Origin: Arenibaculum sp. | Lineage (GTDB): Bacteria; Pseudomonadota; Alphaproteobacteria; Azospirillales; Azospirillaceae | DNA length: 64,000 nucleotides | Direction: 5' to 3' | Assembly: GCF_035998295.1 (NCBI RefSeq) | Contig: NZ_DASYHS010000024.1 | Location: 2,742-66,741, forward strand | Shown: positions 18,901-29,317 of the stretch, piece by piece | How positions within the stretch are numbered: position 1 is the stretch's first letter | Layout: the number at the start of each line of letters is the position of its first letter | Notes under the pieces: model-generated | Databases searched by the model: none | What the model saw: only the letters and a program-made list of their open reading frames with translations | Told to the model about the DNA's origin: nothing | Made by a program: the position numbers and the translations under genes

Positions 18901-21648
18901 GTGAACCCCTGGTTTTTCAAGGGGCGGGCGGCGGGAACGGCCGCGTGGCTGCCCCTGGCGGCCGCCGCGTTCGGGATCCTGATCTCGGTGCTGACCTGGC
19001 GTGCGCTGCTGGAGGAGCAACGGGACGCGGCGCGCCGCACGGCCTCGGCCGAACTGGCGACCGCGGTCCAGATCGTGGGCGGGCGGCTCGACGAGATTCT
19101 GGAGGCGCTGCGCCGTGTGGCGCGGCGGTGGGAGCGGCTCGGCGGCAGGGAAAAACCCGAATTCGACCTCGAGGCGGAGGTGCTGCTCGAAAGCTATCCC
19201 AGCTTCCGTGCCGTGGGATGGGTCGGGCCGGACATGCGGATACGGTGGATCTTCCCCGAGGCGGGCAACGAGGCGGCGGCCGGGCTCAAGGTCGATGCCG
19301 AGCCGATGCGCGCCGCCGCCTTCTCCCGGGCCCGGTCGCAGGGCGCGGCCTTCACCCCGCCGGTCCGCTTCGTGCAGGGCGGGATAGGCGTGGTTGGCGT
19401 CGTCTCGATAGGGAACGGCGACGCCTGGAGGGGGTTCACCCACGCCGCCGTCGATTTGGGCGTACTGTTCCGGCGCGTGCTCCGTGGCGTCGTGAAGGAG
19501 AACGCCCTGACGATCACTGCGGACGGCGTGCCCGCCCTCGCCTTGGGCGAGCCCGGCGGCGCCACGGTCCACGAGACCTTCGATCTCGGCGGCGTGGTTT
19601 GGCGGGTCAGCCTCGGCGTGCCGACCCCCGATCCCTTCCTGCAGCACCTCGTGCTCGCCCTGGGCGTGGCGCTCTCCACGATGCTCGGGCTGGCGCTGCG
19701 GGGGCGCCTGGTCGCCGGTGCCTCCGCCGTCGAGGCGCGCGCCGCCGCCGGGGCGCTGGCGAGCAGCGAGGCGCAGCACCGGGCGATCATCGGCACCGCG
19801 GCGGAAGCGATCGTCGTCATCGACGGCGGTGGTAGGATCCGGTCCTTCAATCCCGCGGCCGAGCGCCTGTTCGGCTACCCCGAGGCCGAGGCCGTCGGGC
19901 GCGACGTCTCCCTGCTGATACCGGACGGCCGTGCCCGCTCCCCCGGCGAATACCTGGAGCAGTATGTGCGAAAGGCCGGGCGGCGCGTTTCCGGCATCGG
20001 CCCGGAGTTCGAAGGCCGCCGGAAGGACGGCAGCATCTTTCCCTTCGAGCTGTCGATCGCGCAGTGGAGCGCCGCCGGCGAGCGCCATTATACCGCGCTG
20101 ATGCGCGACGTGACGGAGAGAAAGCGGGCCGAGGCCGCCCTGCGCGAGAGCGAGCGCCGGTTTCGCGTTCTTGCCGAGACCATACCGCAGATCGTCTGGA
20201 CGGCGGGGCCGGACGGGGCGCTCGACTACCTGAACCCGCGCTGGTCCGAGTTTACCGGGCAGCCGATGCCGGCCGGCCGCGGCTGGTCGTGGGGGCCCTT
20301 CGTCCATCCCGACGACCGCGAGGCCACGACATCCGCCTGGCGTGCCGTCCTGGACAGCGTTTCCGAATACCGCATGGAGCATCGGCTGAGGGCCGCGGAC
20401 GGCAGCTATCGCTGGGTACGGACGCGCGCCGCGCCGCTGCTGGACGCGGACGGCCGGGTGCGGATGTGGGTCGGCACCGCGCTCGACGTCCATGACGAGT
20501 ATGAGGCGTCGAGGCGGCTGCGCGAACGGACCGAGGCCCTGGAGGAGCTGGGCCGAACGCTCGACCTGGCGCCGGTCCTGGTCCGGGGGCTGGACGACCG
20601 GGTGGTCTACTGGAACCGCGGTACCGCCACGCTCTACGGCTGGTCGCCGGACGAAGCGGTCGGCCGGACGTCCCATGAGCTGCTCGCGACGCGCTTTCCC
20701 GACGGCCTGGAGACGGCACGCGAAGCCGTGTTGGCTTCCGGCTCATGGCGGGGCAAGCTGCGGCATCGGTGCAAGAACGGCAGCGAGGTGGTCGTGGAGA
20801 GCCTGTGGGCGCTGCATCGCGGCCCCGACGGGACGCCCCGCTCCATAATCGAGGTGAACACCGACGTCACGGACCGGGAGCGGGCCGAGGAGGAGGTGCG
20901 GGAACTCAACCGCACCCTGGAGGCCCGGGTCGAACGCAGGACGCAGCAGCTGGCCGACGCCAACACCGAACTCCAGTCCTTCGCCCACACCGTGGCGCAC
21001 GATCTCCGTGCCCCGCTCAGGAGCATGACCGGATTCAGCCAAGCGCTCCTGGAGGATTACGGGGAGGCGCTGGACGAGACGGCGCAGGACTACCTGCAGC
21101 GGATCGCCGGCGGCGCCGGGCGCATGGACCAGTTGATCCAGGACCTGCTCTCCTACGCGAAGATCAGCCGGGAGGAGATCATGCTGTCCGCGGTGCCGCT
21201 GGAGAGGGTGGTGGCCGACGCGCTGGGCCATCTCGAGGCGGTCATCCGCGACGGCGGTGCGGAGCTGTCGGTCGAAAGCCCGCTGCCGTCGGTCGTCGCC
21301 CATCGCGGCGTGCTGGTCCACGTAGTGGTGAACCTGCTCTCGAACGCCGTGAAGTTCGTGCCGGCGGGCCGGCGGCCACGGATCGTCGTGCGGGCGGACC
21401 GGCAGGGCGGCCGCGTACGCCTGTGGGTCGAGGACAACGGGATCGGCGTCGCGGCCGAGCACCAGGGCCGGATCTTCCAGGTATTCCAGCGCCTGCACGG
21501 AGCGTCGGAATACCCGGGCACCGGCATCGGCCTCGCCATCGTGCGGCGCGGCACCGAGCGCATGGGCGGGGAGGCGGGCATCGAGTCCGCGCCGGGCCGG
21601 GGCAGCCGGTTCTGGATCGAGCTGATGGAGGCGGACGATGGCGGATGA
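18901..21648 (+). CDS. sensor histidine kinase (extracytoplasmic CHASE-like domain, 3 PAS, HisKA, HATPase)
   Basis: Two TM segments flank a periplasmic domain of about 200 aa. PAS regions follow (e.g. RAIIGTAAEAIVVIDGGGRIRSFNPAAERLFGY). The H-box is FAHTVAHDLRAPLRSM, the N-box NLLSNAVKF and the G-box GTGIGLAIV. The start is GTG. Confidence 0.85.
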   Translation: MNPWFFKGRAAGTAAWLPLAAAAFGILISVLTWRALLEEQRDAARRTASAELATAVQIVGGRLDEILEALRRVARRWERLGGREKPEFDLEAEVLLESYPSFRAVGWVGPDMRIRWIFPEAGNEAAAGLKVDAEPMRAAAFSRARSQGAAFTPPVRFVQGGIGVVGVVSIGNGDAWRGFTHAAVDLGVLFRRVLRGVVKENALTITADGVPALALGEPGGATVHETFDLGGVVWRVSLGVPTPDPFLQHLVLALGVALSTMLGLALRGRLVAGASAVEARAAAGALASSEAQHRAIIGTAAEAIVVIDGGGRIRSFNPAAERLFGYPEAEAVGRDVSLLIPDGRARSPGEYLEQYVRKAGRRVSGIGPEFEGRRKDGSIFPFELSIAQWSAAGERHYTALMRDVTERKRAEAALRESERRFRVLAETIPQIVWTAGPDGALDYLNPRWSEFTGQPMPAGRGWSWGPFVHPDDREATTSAWRAVLDSVSEYRMEHRLRAADGSYRWVRTRAAPLLDADGRVRMWVGTALDVHDEYEASRRLRERTEALEELGRTLDLAPVLVRGLDDRVVYWNRGTATLYGWSPDEAVGRTSHELLATRFPDGLETAREAVLASGSWRGKLRHRCKNGSEVVVESLWALHRGPDGTPRSIIEVNTDVTDRERAEEEVRELNRTLEARVERRTQQLADANTELQSFAHTVAHDLRAPLRSMTGFSQALLEDYGEALDETAQDYLQRIAGGAGRMDQLIQDLLSYAKISREEIMLSAVPLERVVADALGHLEAVIRDGGAELSVESPLPSVVAHRGVLVHVVVNLLSNAVKFVPAGRRPRIVVRADRQGGRVRLWVEDNGIGVAAEHQGRIFQVFQRLHGASEYPGTGIGLAIVRRGTERMGGEAGIESAPGRGSRFWIELMEADDGG

Positions 21649-22087
21649 GCCGAAACCCATTCTTCTGGTCGAGGACGATCCCGACGATCAGCTGCTGATC
21701 CGTCGGGCCTTCACCAAGGCGAGGCTGCTGAACCCGTTGCGCGTCGTCGGGGACGGCGACGCGGCGGTCGACTATCTTTCCGGGGCGGAAGGCTATGCCG
21801 ACCGCCATGCCAACCCGCTGCCGGCGCTGCTGCTGCTGGACCTCAAGCTGCCCCGGCGCTCCGGGCTGGAGGTGCTGGAATGGCTCAGGTCCAGGCCGGC
21901 GCCGATGGGCAGGACCCCCGTGGTCGTGCTGACCTCGTCCAAGGAGAGCGCGGACGTGGACCGCGCCTACGAGCTGGGCGCCAACAGCTATCTCGTGAAG
22001 CCGGTGGACTTCGACGGCCTGCTCGACATGATCAAGACGGCGGGCCTGTACTGGACCGTCCTGAACGAAGGGCCGTCGCGCGGCTGA
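21638..22087 (+). CDS. single-domain response regulator (receiver only)
   Basis: ILLVEDDPDD, LLLLDLKLP (phospho-Asp) and SYLVKP (conserved Lys). It overlaps the kinase gene by 11 nt. Confidence 0.9.
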   Translation: MADEPKPILLVEDDPDDQLLIRRAFTKARLLNPLRVVGDGDAAVDYLSGAEGYADRHANPLPALLLLDLKLPRRSGLEVLEWLRSRPAPMGRTPVVVLTSSKESADVDRAYELGANSYLVKPVDFDGLLDMIKTAGLYWTVLNEGPSRG

Positions 22088-22112
22088 CCGGCCGCCGCGG
22101 CCCTGCTCCGCC

Positions 22113-22523
22113 TCAGTGCAGCGTCGGGCCCGGGCCGGGCGGCGGCGCATCGGCCGCGACCGGGCCGGCCTGGTGATGGGCCAGCCGCCACTCGCCGTCC
22201 TCGACCACGAACAGGTTGCTCGCCGCCAGCACGCCCTTTCCCAGCACTTCCTCGCACAGGACGAGGGCGGCGGCGCCCAGCAGCAGGGTGCGCTCGCCGC
22301 GCGTCTCGATCCGCGGGCCGCCGCCGGCGGCCAGGATGTCGCGCCAGCTCGCCATCACCTCCCGTCGGCCCAGAATCGGCTTGGCGCCGGGATGGATGCA
22401 GGCGACCTCCGCCCGTCTGGCCCAGATCCGGTCCATGGCGTCGAGGTCGCGGGTCGCGAAGGCCCGATAGAAGGCGCGGTTGGCGGACAGGACGGCGTCG
22501 ATGGTCATGGGTGCGGGCTTCAA
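22113..22523 (-). CDS. NTF2-like (SnoaL/DUF4440-type) protein
   Basis: 136-aa ORF. VLSANRAFYRAFATRDLDAMDRIW...REVMASWRDIL is the typical NTF2-fold N-terminal pattern. Confidence 0.7.
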   Translation of the reverse strand: MKPAPMTIDAVLSANRAFYRAFATRDLDAMDRIWARRAEVACIHPGAKPILGRREVMASWRDILAAGGGPRIETRGERTLLLGAAALVLCEEVLGKGVLAASNLFVVEDGEWRLAHHQAGPVAADAPPPGPGPTLH

Positions 22524-22601
22524 CCGGATCCGAGGAGGGGGCAGTCTAGCACCACTTCCGCGGTCGTGCGCACGGGTCCGTGCGCCGGGCCGGTGTCGCC
22601 G

Positions 22602-23900
22602 TCACGCGTCCCGCGCCAGGCGGATGCCGGTGAAGGCGAGGCGCGCGTGCGGGGCCAGCGACTGGCGCCGGGTGGGCCCGGCATACTCGGCGGGCGTGAC
22701 GCAGGATCCGCCGCGTACGGTCATGTGGCCGCCGCCGGGCCGGAACCGCTCCACGGCGGCGGCAGGCGGCGCCGAGCGCGGATAGAGGACGGCCGGGCTC
22801 GCCGTCCATTCCCAGCAGTCGCCGAACATCTGCCACGGCCCGTCGCCCAGGCACACCGCGGGCTGGGGATGCAGGCGGCCGGACTGCAGCAGGTTGCCCT
22901 CGACCGGGCGCTCGGCCGCCGCCGCCTCCCACTCGGCCTCGGTCGGCAGCCGCCTACCGGCCCAGCGGGCGAAGGCGTCGGCCTCGTAGTAGCTGACGTG
23001 GCAGACCGGCTCCGCCTCGTCGAGCGGCCTCGGCCCGGCCAGGGTCATGAGCTGCCATTCGCCGTGCAGACGGTGCCAGTAGAGCGGTGCGCGCCAGCCT
23101 CCGGCCTCGACGGCCGCCCGGCCGTCCGGCAGCCACAACGACGGTTCCCCGTAGCCGCCGTCCTCCATGAACTCCAGGTATTCCCCGCAGGTCGTCATCC
23201 GCCCGGCGATCGCGCAGGGTTCGAGCCAGTGCCGGTGCGGCGGCTGCTCGTGGTCGAGGGCGAAGGGGTCGCCCTCGGCCCCGATCCGGATGAAGCCGCC
23301 CTCGCGAGCGAACCATCCCGGCGCGGTGGCGGTGCGGGTGGCCGGCGGCGGCGGCGCGTGGTAGCCGGGCCGCCCGGGCAGCGACCACAGCAGGTGCTTG
23401 ACGTCGCGGAGCATCGTCTCCTGGTGCTCGAGCTCGTGCATCACGCCGAGGCGGACCAGCCGTCCGAGTTCGTCCGGCACCTCCGCCTCCGAGCGCAGCA
23501 GGCGCAGGACTGCCGCGTTGACGTGCTCGCGGTAGCGCGTCACCTCGGCCTGTCCCGGTCGGGACAGCATGCCGCGCCGGCAGGCCGGGAACTGGTGCGC
23601 CACCGTCGGATCCACCTGGTCGAACAGGTAGCGGTAGGCGTCGTCGAACGGCGTGTAGCCCTGGACGTGCCGGGCCAGGACCAGCGCCTCGAAGAACCAG
23701 GTCGTATGGGCGAGATGCCACTTCGCCGGATCGGTCTCCGGCGCGCTCTGGGCCATCTGGTCCTCGGCGCTGAGGCTGGCGGTCAGCATGCTGGTCCGGG
23801 CGCGGACCCGCTGGAACAGCCGGCCGAGCCGCTCGCCGGCGGGCAGGGCGGGCGGGGCGGCGCCGTCAGGCGGCGCGGACGGATCGGCGTCGGGGTCCAT
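22602..23900 (-). CDS. egtB: EgtB-type sulfoxide synthase (DinB-like + FGE-sulfatase domains)
   Basis: KWHLAHTTWFFEALVL and MHELEHQETMLRDVKHL give the DinB-like metal site. The C-terminal FGE-type domain is EAEWEAAAA...MFGDCWEWT...VRGGSCVTP. Size is 432 aa. Confidence 0.8.
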   Translation of the reverse strand: MDPDADPSAPPDGAAPPALPAGERLGRLFQRVRARTSMLTASLSAEDQMAQSAPETDPAKWHLAHTTWFFEALVLARHVQGYTPFDDAYRYLFDQVDPTVAHQFPACRRGMLSRPGQAEVTRYREHVNAAVLRLLRSEAEVPDELGRLVRLGVMHELEHQETMLRDVKHLLWSLPGRPGYHAPPPPATRTATAPGWFAREGGFIRIGAEGDPFALDHEQPPHRHWLEPCAIAGRMTTCGEYLEFMEDGGYGEPSLWLPDGRAAVEAGGWRAPLYWHRLHGEWQLMTLAGPRPLDEAEPVCHVSYYEADAFARWAGRRLPTEAEWEAAAAERPVEGNLLQSGRLHPQPAVCLGDGPWQMFGDCWEWTASPAVLYPRSAPPAAAVERFRPGGGHMTVRGGSCVTPAEYAGPTRRQSLAPHARLAFTGIRLARDA

Positions 23901-24023
23901 GTCCTCGGTCGGGCCGGATCGGGAGACCGGTCCAGCCTATTCCGGCCCGCCGCGCCCCGCAGGCTCTCCCAATGAATACGCCTTTAGTCCAGTATGTCGG
24001 GCGGTCGTGTGGGGAGAGGCGGG

Positions 24024-24440
24024 ATGTTCGTCCTGAACGAGAGGCTGGCGGCGGATACGGTGACGATCGGCGCGCTCGCGTTGTGCCGCGTCCTGATGAT
24101 GGCGAACCGGGCCTGGCCCTGGCTCGTCCTGGTGCCGCAGCGGCCCGGGATCCGCGAGATCCACGAGCTTGGCCGGGAGGACAGGGCCCTGCTGGTCGAG
24201 GAGGTCGCGCAGGCCTCGCTGGCGATGGAGCGGCTCCACGCCCCCGACAAGCTGAACGTCGGTGCGCTCGGCAACGTCGTGCCGCAGCTGCACCTGCACG
24301 TCGTCGCCCGCCGGGTCGGCGACCCGGCCTGGCCCGGCCCCGTGTGGGGCAGCGGCGTGCACGAGCCTTTTCCGCCCGAGGCGCTGGCCGCCGAGGCGGC
24401 GCGTTTCGCCGCGGCGCTGGGGCTGGCACCGCCGGCGTGA
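24024..24440 (+). CDS. HIT family protein
   Basis: WPWLVLVPQR...NVGALGNVVPQLHLHVVARR carries the histidine-triad H-x-H-x-H motif. RBS GGGGAGAGG lies before ATG 24024. Confidence 0.85.
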   Translation: MFVLNERLAADTVTIGALALCRVLMMANRAWPWLVLVPQRPGIREIHELGREDRALLVEEVAQASLAMERLHAPDKLNVGALGNVVPQLHLHVVARRVGDPAWPGPVWGSGVHEPFPPEALAAEAARFAAALGLAPPA

Positions 24441-24456
24441 CCGGCGGCCCGCGCGC

Positions 24457-25794
24457 TCAGCCGGCGCGGCCGGCCTCCCGCCGCTGCGCCTGGTTGGCCT
24501 CGCTCGCGGAGACCGGCGCCTTGGTCTCGCCCGTGATGAGGCGGGCGCCGCGCTGGAAGGTGAGGTAGCGCCACAGCCATTGCAGGGTGACCCGCGCCCG
24601 CTTCTCGAATCCGACCAGAAGCCAGACATGGACGATCGCCCACAGCACCCAGGCGACGAATCCCTTCAGGCGCATCCTGCCGAAATCCGCGACCGCGGCG
24701 TTGCGGCCGATCGTGGCCATGTTGCCGCGGTCCTTGAACCGGAACGGCTCCATCGGCCGGCCGTGGGGGATCGCCGCGGCGAGCTGGCGGCCGAGATGCT
24801 CGCCCTGCTGCTTGGCGACCTGGGCCAGGCCGGGCAGGGGGCGCTGGTCGTCGTCCAGGGCCAGCGCGGTGTCGCCCAGCGCGTAGACGCCCTCGAAGCC
24901 CGGCACGCCGAGGTCCGGCCCGACCCGGACCCGCCCGGCGCGGTCGGTCTCGACGCCCAGCCAGCGGCCGGCGGGCGAGGCGCGGACGCCGGCCCCCCAG
25001 ATCACCGTGCCGGCCGGGATGAAGCGGCCGCCGGCCGTGACGCCCTCGGCGGTCACCGCTTCGACCGGGGTCTCGGTCAGCACGCTCACCCCGAGGCGGC
25101 GCAGCGCGTCCTCCGTATAGGCAGATAGCGGCTCCGGGAAGGTGGAAAGCAGCCGTGGTCCGGCCTCGATCAGGACGATCTCCGCATTGGCGGGGCGGAT
25201 GCGGCGGAAGTCGCGGGCGAGCGTCCACTTCGCCAGCTCGGCGACCGCACCGGCCATCTCGACGCCGGTGGGGCCGCCGCCGACGACGACCACGGTCGTC
25301 AGCCGCTTCTGCTCATCCGGGTCCGGGGACATCTCCGCCTGCTCGAAAGCCAGAAGGAGGCGGGTGCGGATCTGGCGGGCGTCCTCGATCGTCTTGAGCC
25401 CGGGCGCCAGCGGCTCCCACTCGTCATGGCCGAAATAGCTGTGGGTCGACCCGGTCGCGAGGACGAGGTGGTCGTAGGGAACGTAGCCGTCGTCGGCCAG
25501 CAGGACGTGCCTGGCCGTGGCGTCGATCCCGGTCACTTCGCCCAGCAGGACGTCGACGTTCGGGTACCGGCTGACGATCCTGCGGATCGGCTCGGCGATG
25601 TCCGCGGGCGACAGGGCGGCGGTCGCCACTTGGTACAGCAGTGGCACGAACAGGTGGTAGTTGCGCCGGTCGATCACCGTGACGCGGATATTGGTGTCCC
25701 CAAGCTCGCTCGCGCAGGCAAGCCCGGCGAATCCGGCCCCGACGACGACGACGTGCGGCCGATCGTCGACGGGCGCGGGCGTGCGGTCGATCAT
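24457..25794 (-). CDS. ndh: type II NADH dehydrogenase (NAD(P)/FAD-dependent oxidoreductase)
   Basis: Two Rossmann motifs, HVVVVGAGFAGL and TVVVVGGGPTGVE, plus a C-terminal membrane-anchoring helix. Confidence 0.9.
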   Translation of the reverse strand: MIDRTPAPVDDRPHVVVVGAGFAGLACASELGDTNIRVTVIDRRNYHLFVPLLYQVATAALSPADIAEPIRRIVSRYPNVDVLLGEVTGIDATARHVLLADDGYVPYDHLVLATGSTHSYFGHDEWEPLAPGLKTIEDARQIRTRLLLAFEQAEMSPDPDEQKRLTTVVVVGGGPTGVEMAGAVAELAKWTLARDFRRIRPANAEIVLIEAGPRLLSTFPEPLSAYTEDALRRLGVSVLTETPVEAVTAEGVTAGGRFIPAGTVIWGAGVRASPAGRWLGVETDRAGRVRVGPDLGVPGFEGVYALGDTALALDDDQRPLPGLAQVAKQQGEHLGRQLAAAIPHGRPMEPFRFKDRGNMATIGRNAAVADFGRMRLKGFVAWVLWAIVHVWLLVGFEKRARVTLQWLWRYLTFQRGARLITGETKAPVSASEANQAQRREAGRAG

Positions 25795-25883
25795 GGCTGG
25801 TGTCCGGGGTTTCGGTCGCTTGCGCAGGGTTCAACCGACCGGTCCCGGCATCGTTCCTGTCCGTTACCCTCGGCCAGCCGCCC

Positions 25884-27329
25884 TCAGCCCGCCGGCATCG
25901 CGCGTCGCGCCAGCGTCAGCACCCCGTGGGCGGCGGCGTCGGCCATGCGGTCGAGGAGGGCCGCGTCGACGTTGCCGGTGTCGTCGCAGGCCTCATGGTA
26001 GCAGGGGTCGAGCGGCTGGCCGGCGGTACCGCCCCAGCGCTCCGCGCTCTCGGCGCTCTTGACCTCCATGGACCCGGTGTAGAGGCCGCCGACGGGGATG
26101 CCGCGCGCGGCGAAGGACGCATGGTCCGACGAGCCGCCATAGGAGATCTCCTTCACCTCCTCCCCGGCGGCGGCGAAGTAGTCCCGGAACATGCGCTCGA
26201 TCCCGGCCGAGCCGTCGGGTGCGGCGGGCCCCTCCGACGAACCGTCGCCGTCGTAGACGAGCGGCACTCCGTTGACCGAGCCCAGCATGTCGAAGTTCAG
26301 CACGGCCTCGATGCGCGCCAGCTCTTCGGCCGGAAGGGTGTCCACGTAGTGGCGCGAGCCGAGCAGGCCCAGTTCCTCGGCGCCCCAGAACGCGAAACGG
26401 ACCGTTCGCCGGGGCGGCGCGTCGAGCTGGGCGAGCCGGACCGCGGCCTCCAGCACCGCGGCCGTTCCGCTGGCGTTGTCGTTGATGCCCGGCCCCTCGG
26501 GCACGCCGTCCAGATGGGCGCCCGCCAGGACGACCCGGCCACCGTCGGTGCCCGGCAGATCGGCGATCACGTTGCGCGTCGCGATCGTCCGGGCCTCGGC
26601 GGATACCGAGAGGCGTACCCGGATCGGCCCGGCGTCGGCGAGCGCCGCCCCGGCATCGAACGGGATCGCGACCGCCGGGATCGCGGCAGGCTTCGCGAGC
26701 TGCCCGCCGAAGGGCCCGGTCGCGTCCCCGGTCCCGGCATTCATGACGACGACGCCCGCAGCACCCGCCGCGGCCGCGTTCTCGACTTTGGTCGTGAAGG
26801 AGCAGGTCCCGCGCCGCAGCAGGGCAATGGAGCCGGTCTCGAAGCCGGCGAAGTCGGACGGCGCGCAGCCGCTGGCCGAGGTGGACGGGGACGAGCCGTC
26901 CAGCCCGAGGGCGACGGGCACCAGCGGCGCCTCGACGGTGCCGGAGCCGGAATTGCGCATCGTGCGCGTCCGCGCGACATGCGAGAGCGCGTCCCCCTCG
27001 CCGACGCGGGCGAGCACGGGCGGCGCCGTTTCGGCGAAATGGGGGAAGGTGAATTCCTGCTCGGTGACGGCGTAGCCGGCCGCCCGGAGCGTTCGCGCGA
27101 CGTAGTCGGCCGACCGGTCGTAGCCTTCGGTTCCAGCGGCGCGGTTGCCGCCGGACCGGTCGGCGATGGCCTGGAGCGCCTCGACGTGGCGCATCAGGCC
27201 TTGCTGAGCGACCGAGTCGCGCAGCAAGGCCGAGGCGGTGAAATCGGACGGGGCGGCACGGACGGGACCGTTCGCGATGAGTGCCAGCGCGAGGACGGTC
27301 CCGGCCAAGCCGATGCGGTCGAGGGGCAT
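25884..27329 (-). CDS. M28 family aminopeptidase with PA domain
   Basis: Signal peptide, a PA insert (FTTKVENAAAAGAAGVVVMN) and M28 motifs AHLDGVPEGPGINDNASGTAAVLE and FAFWGAEELGLLGS. Confidence 0.85.
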   Translation of the reverse strand: MPLDRIGLAGTVLALALIANGPVRAAPSDFTASALLRDSVAQQGLMRHVEALQAIADRSGGNRAAGTEGYDRSADYVARTLRAAGYAVTEQEFTFPHFAETAPPVLARVGEGDALSHVARTRTMRNSGSGTVEAPLVPVALGLDGSSPSTSASGCAPSDFAGFETGSIALLRRGTCSFTTKVENAAAAGAAGVVVMNAGTGDATGPFGGQLAKPAAIPAVAIPFDAGAALADAGPIRVRLSVSAEARTIATRNVIADLPGTDGGRVVLAGAHLDGVPEGPGINDNASGTAAVLEAAVRLAQLDAPPRRTVRFAFWGAEELGLLGSRHYVDTLPAEELARIEAVLNFDMLGSVNGVPLVYDGDGSSEGPAAPDGSAGIERMFRDYFAAAGEEVKEISYGGSSDHASFAARGIPVGGLYTGSMEVKSAESAERWGGTAGQPLDPCYHEACDDTGNVDAALLDRMADAAAHGVLTLARRAMPAG

Positions 27330-27375
27330 GACGGCCCTCCTTCTTTCACGGCGAGAAGGGCGGGCGGCGGCCGGT

Positions 27376-29202
27376 TCAGCCGGCCTCGGCCTGCCTTTGC
27401 GCCTTCTTGCGCTCGTGGGGATCCAACAGTTTCTTGCGCAGGCGGATGGTCTTCGGCGTCACCTCGACCAGCTCGTCGTCGTTGATGTAGCTGAGCGCCC
27501 GCTCGAGCGTCATCTGGATCGGCGGCGTCAGCTTGACCGCCTCGTCCTTGCCGGCCGCGCGGAAGTTGGTGAGCTGCTTGCCCTTCAGGACGTTGACCTC
27601 GAGGTCGTTGCCCCTCGTGTGCTCGCCGATGATCATCCCCTGGTAGACCTTGGCGCCGGGATCGATCAGCATCGGCCCGCGGTCCTCGAGGTTGAACAGC
27701 GCGTAGGTGACCGCCTCGCCATCGCCGTTGCTGATCAGCACGCCGGTGTGGCGCGAGGAGATCGGCCCCTTGTAGGGGGCGTAGCCGTGGAACAGACGGT
27801 TCATGACGCCGGTGCCGCGGGTGTCGGTGAGGAACTCGGACAGGTAGCCGATCAGGCCCCGGGACGGCGCGTGGAACACCAGACGCTGCTTGCCGCCGCC
27901 GGAAGGACGCATCTCAACCAGGTCGGCCTTCCGCTCGCTCAGCTTCTGGACGACGGCGCCCGAGTACTCCTCGTCGACGTCGATCACCGCCTCCTCGATC
28001 GGCTCCAGCCGCTGGCCGCTGACGGGATCGCTCCTGAACAGCACGCGGGGACGCGAGATCGACAGCTCGAAGCCTTCGCGCCGCATCGTCTCGATCAGGA
28101 TGCCGAGCTGCAGTTCGCCGCGCCCGGCCACCTCGTAGGCGTCGCCGTCCTCGGTTTCCCGGATGCGCAGCGCGACGTTGCCTTCCGCCTCGCGGAAAAG
28201 GCGGTCGCGGATCATGCGGCTCGTGACCTTGTCGCCCTCGCGCCCGGCCAGCGGGCTGTCGTTGACCGAGAAGGTCATCGCCAGGGTCGGAGGGTCGATC
28301 GGCTGCGCGGGCAGCGCCTCGGTCACCTGCGGGTCGCAGATCGTGTCGGCCACGGTGGCGGTCGAAAGCCCGGCGATCGCGACGATGTCGCCCGCCTCGG
28401 CCTCCTCGACGCCGACGCGCTCCAGCCCGCGGAAGGCCAGCACCTTGCTGATGCGTCCGACCTCGATCTGCTTGCCGTCGCGCGACAGCGCCTTGATCGC
28501 CATGTTCGGGCGCACCTTGCCGCCCTCGATCCGCCCGGTCAGCAGCCGGCCGAGATAGGGGTTCGCCTCGAGCGTCGTCGCCAGCATGCGGAATGGCGCG
28601 TCCGGCTCCACCGTCGGGGCGGGGACGTGGCGGCGGACCAGCTCGAACAGGGGCGCCAGGTCCTTGCGGTCGCCGTTCTCGAGGTCGTCCGTGGCCCAGC
28701 CGTTGCGGCCCGACGCGAACAGGGTTGGGAAATCGAGCTGCTCGTCCGTGGCGTCGAGGCCGGCGAACAGGTCGAACACCTCGTCGTGCACCTCGTGGGC
28801 GCGGGCGTCGGGGCGGTCGACCTTGTTGACGACGACGATCGGCCGCAGGCCGAGCTTCAGGGCCTTGCCGACCACGAACTTGGTCTGGGGCAGCGGGCCC
28901 TCGGCCGCATCGACCAGGACGACGACACCGTCGACCATGCTCAGGATACGTTCGACTTCGCCGCCGAAATCGGCGTGGCCGGGGGTGTCGACGATGTTGA
29001 TTCGCATGCCGTCCCAAGGCACGGACGTGCATTTCGCGAGGATGGTGATCCCGCGCTCGCGTTCCAGGTCGTTGCTGTCGAGCGCGCGCTCGGCAACCTG
29101 CTGGTTCTCGCGAAAGGCGCCCGACTGGCGCAGCAGCGCGTCGACCAGGGTCGTCTTTCCGTGGTCGACATGGGCGATGATGGCGATGTTCCGCAGATCC
29201 AT
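27376..29202 (-). CDS. typA: translational GTPase TypA/BipA
   Basis: [36 protein letters not shown] and NKVDR. Size is 608 aa. The track ORF (676 aa) over-extends upstream. Confidence 0.95.
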   Translation of the reverse strand: MDLRNIAIIAHVDHGKTTLVDALLRQSGAFRENQQVAERALDSNDLERERGITILAKCTSVPWDGMRINIVDTPGHADFGGEVERILSMVDGVVVLVDAAEGPLPQTKFVVGKALKLGLRPIVVVNKVDRPDARAHEVHDEVFDLFAGLDATDEQLDFPTLFASGRNGWATDDLENGDRKDLAPLFELVRRHVPAPTVEPDAPFRMLATTLEANPYLGRLLTGRIEGGKVRPNMAIKALSRDGKQIEVGRISKVLAFRGLERVGVEEAEAGDIVAIAGLSTATVADTICDPQVTEALPAQPIDPPTLAMTFSVNDSPLAGREGDKVTSRMIRDRLFREAEGNVALRIRETEDGDAYEVAGRGELQLGILIETMRREGFELSISRPRVLFRSDPVSGQRLEPIEEAVIDVDEEYSGAVVQKLSERKADLVEMRPSGGGKQRLVFHAPSRGLIGYLSEFLTDTRGTGVMNRLFHGYAPYKGPISSRHTGVLISNGDGEAVTYALFNLEDRGPMLIDPGAKVYQGMIIGEHTRGNDLEVNVLKGKQLTNFRAAGKDEAVKLTPPIQMTLERALSYINDDELVEVTPKTIRLRKKLLDPHERKKAQRQAEAG

Positions 29203-29238
29203 CGGAGCTTCTCGGTCGTTGAGCCGGACGCGCGCAAG

Positions 29239-29267
29239 AAAAAAACCCGGACACGCGACGTGCCGGG
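29239..29267 (-). terminator. intrinsic terminator-like hairpin + U7 inside the typA upstream leader
   Basis: The minus strand reads CCCGGCACG TCG CGTG(T)CCGGG TTTTTTTCTT: a 9-bp stem with one bulge followed by a run of 7 T. It ends 36 nt before the typA ATG. No upstream minus-strand gene is present. Confidence 0.5.
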
Positions 29268-29288
29268 GCGGAGGTCCTGTTGCGGTGC

Positions 29289-29317
29289 AGTATAGGAATG
29301 CCGAGCGCAAAGGCAAG
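29289..29317 (-). promoter_or_regulatory. candidate sigma70-type promoter upstream of typA
   Basis: The minus strand reads CTTGCC-N17-TATACT. It lies about 20 nt upstream of the terminator hairpin. Confidence 0.3.

Noticed and set aside
22602-23900. Alternative call as a formylglycine-generating enzyme or sulfatase maturase
   Set aside because: The N-terminal DinB-like domain with KWHLAHTTWFFE and HELEHQE is characteristic of EgtB/OvoA-type sulfoxide synthases, not stand-alone FGE. At 432 aa with no C-terminal methyltransferase, it also argues against OvoA.
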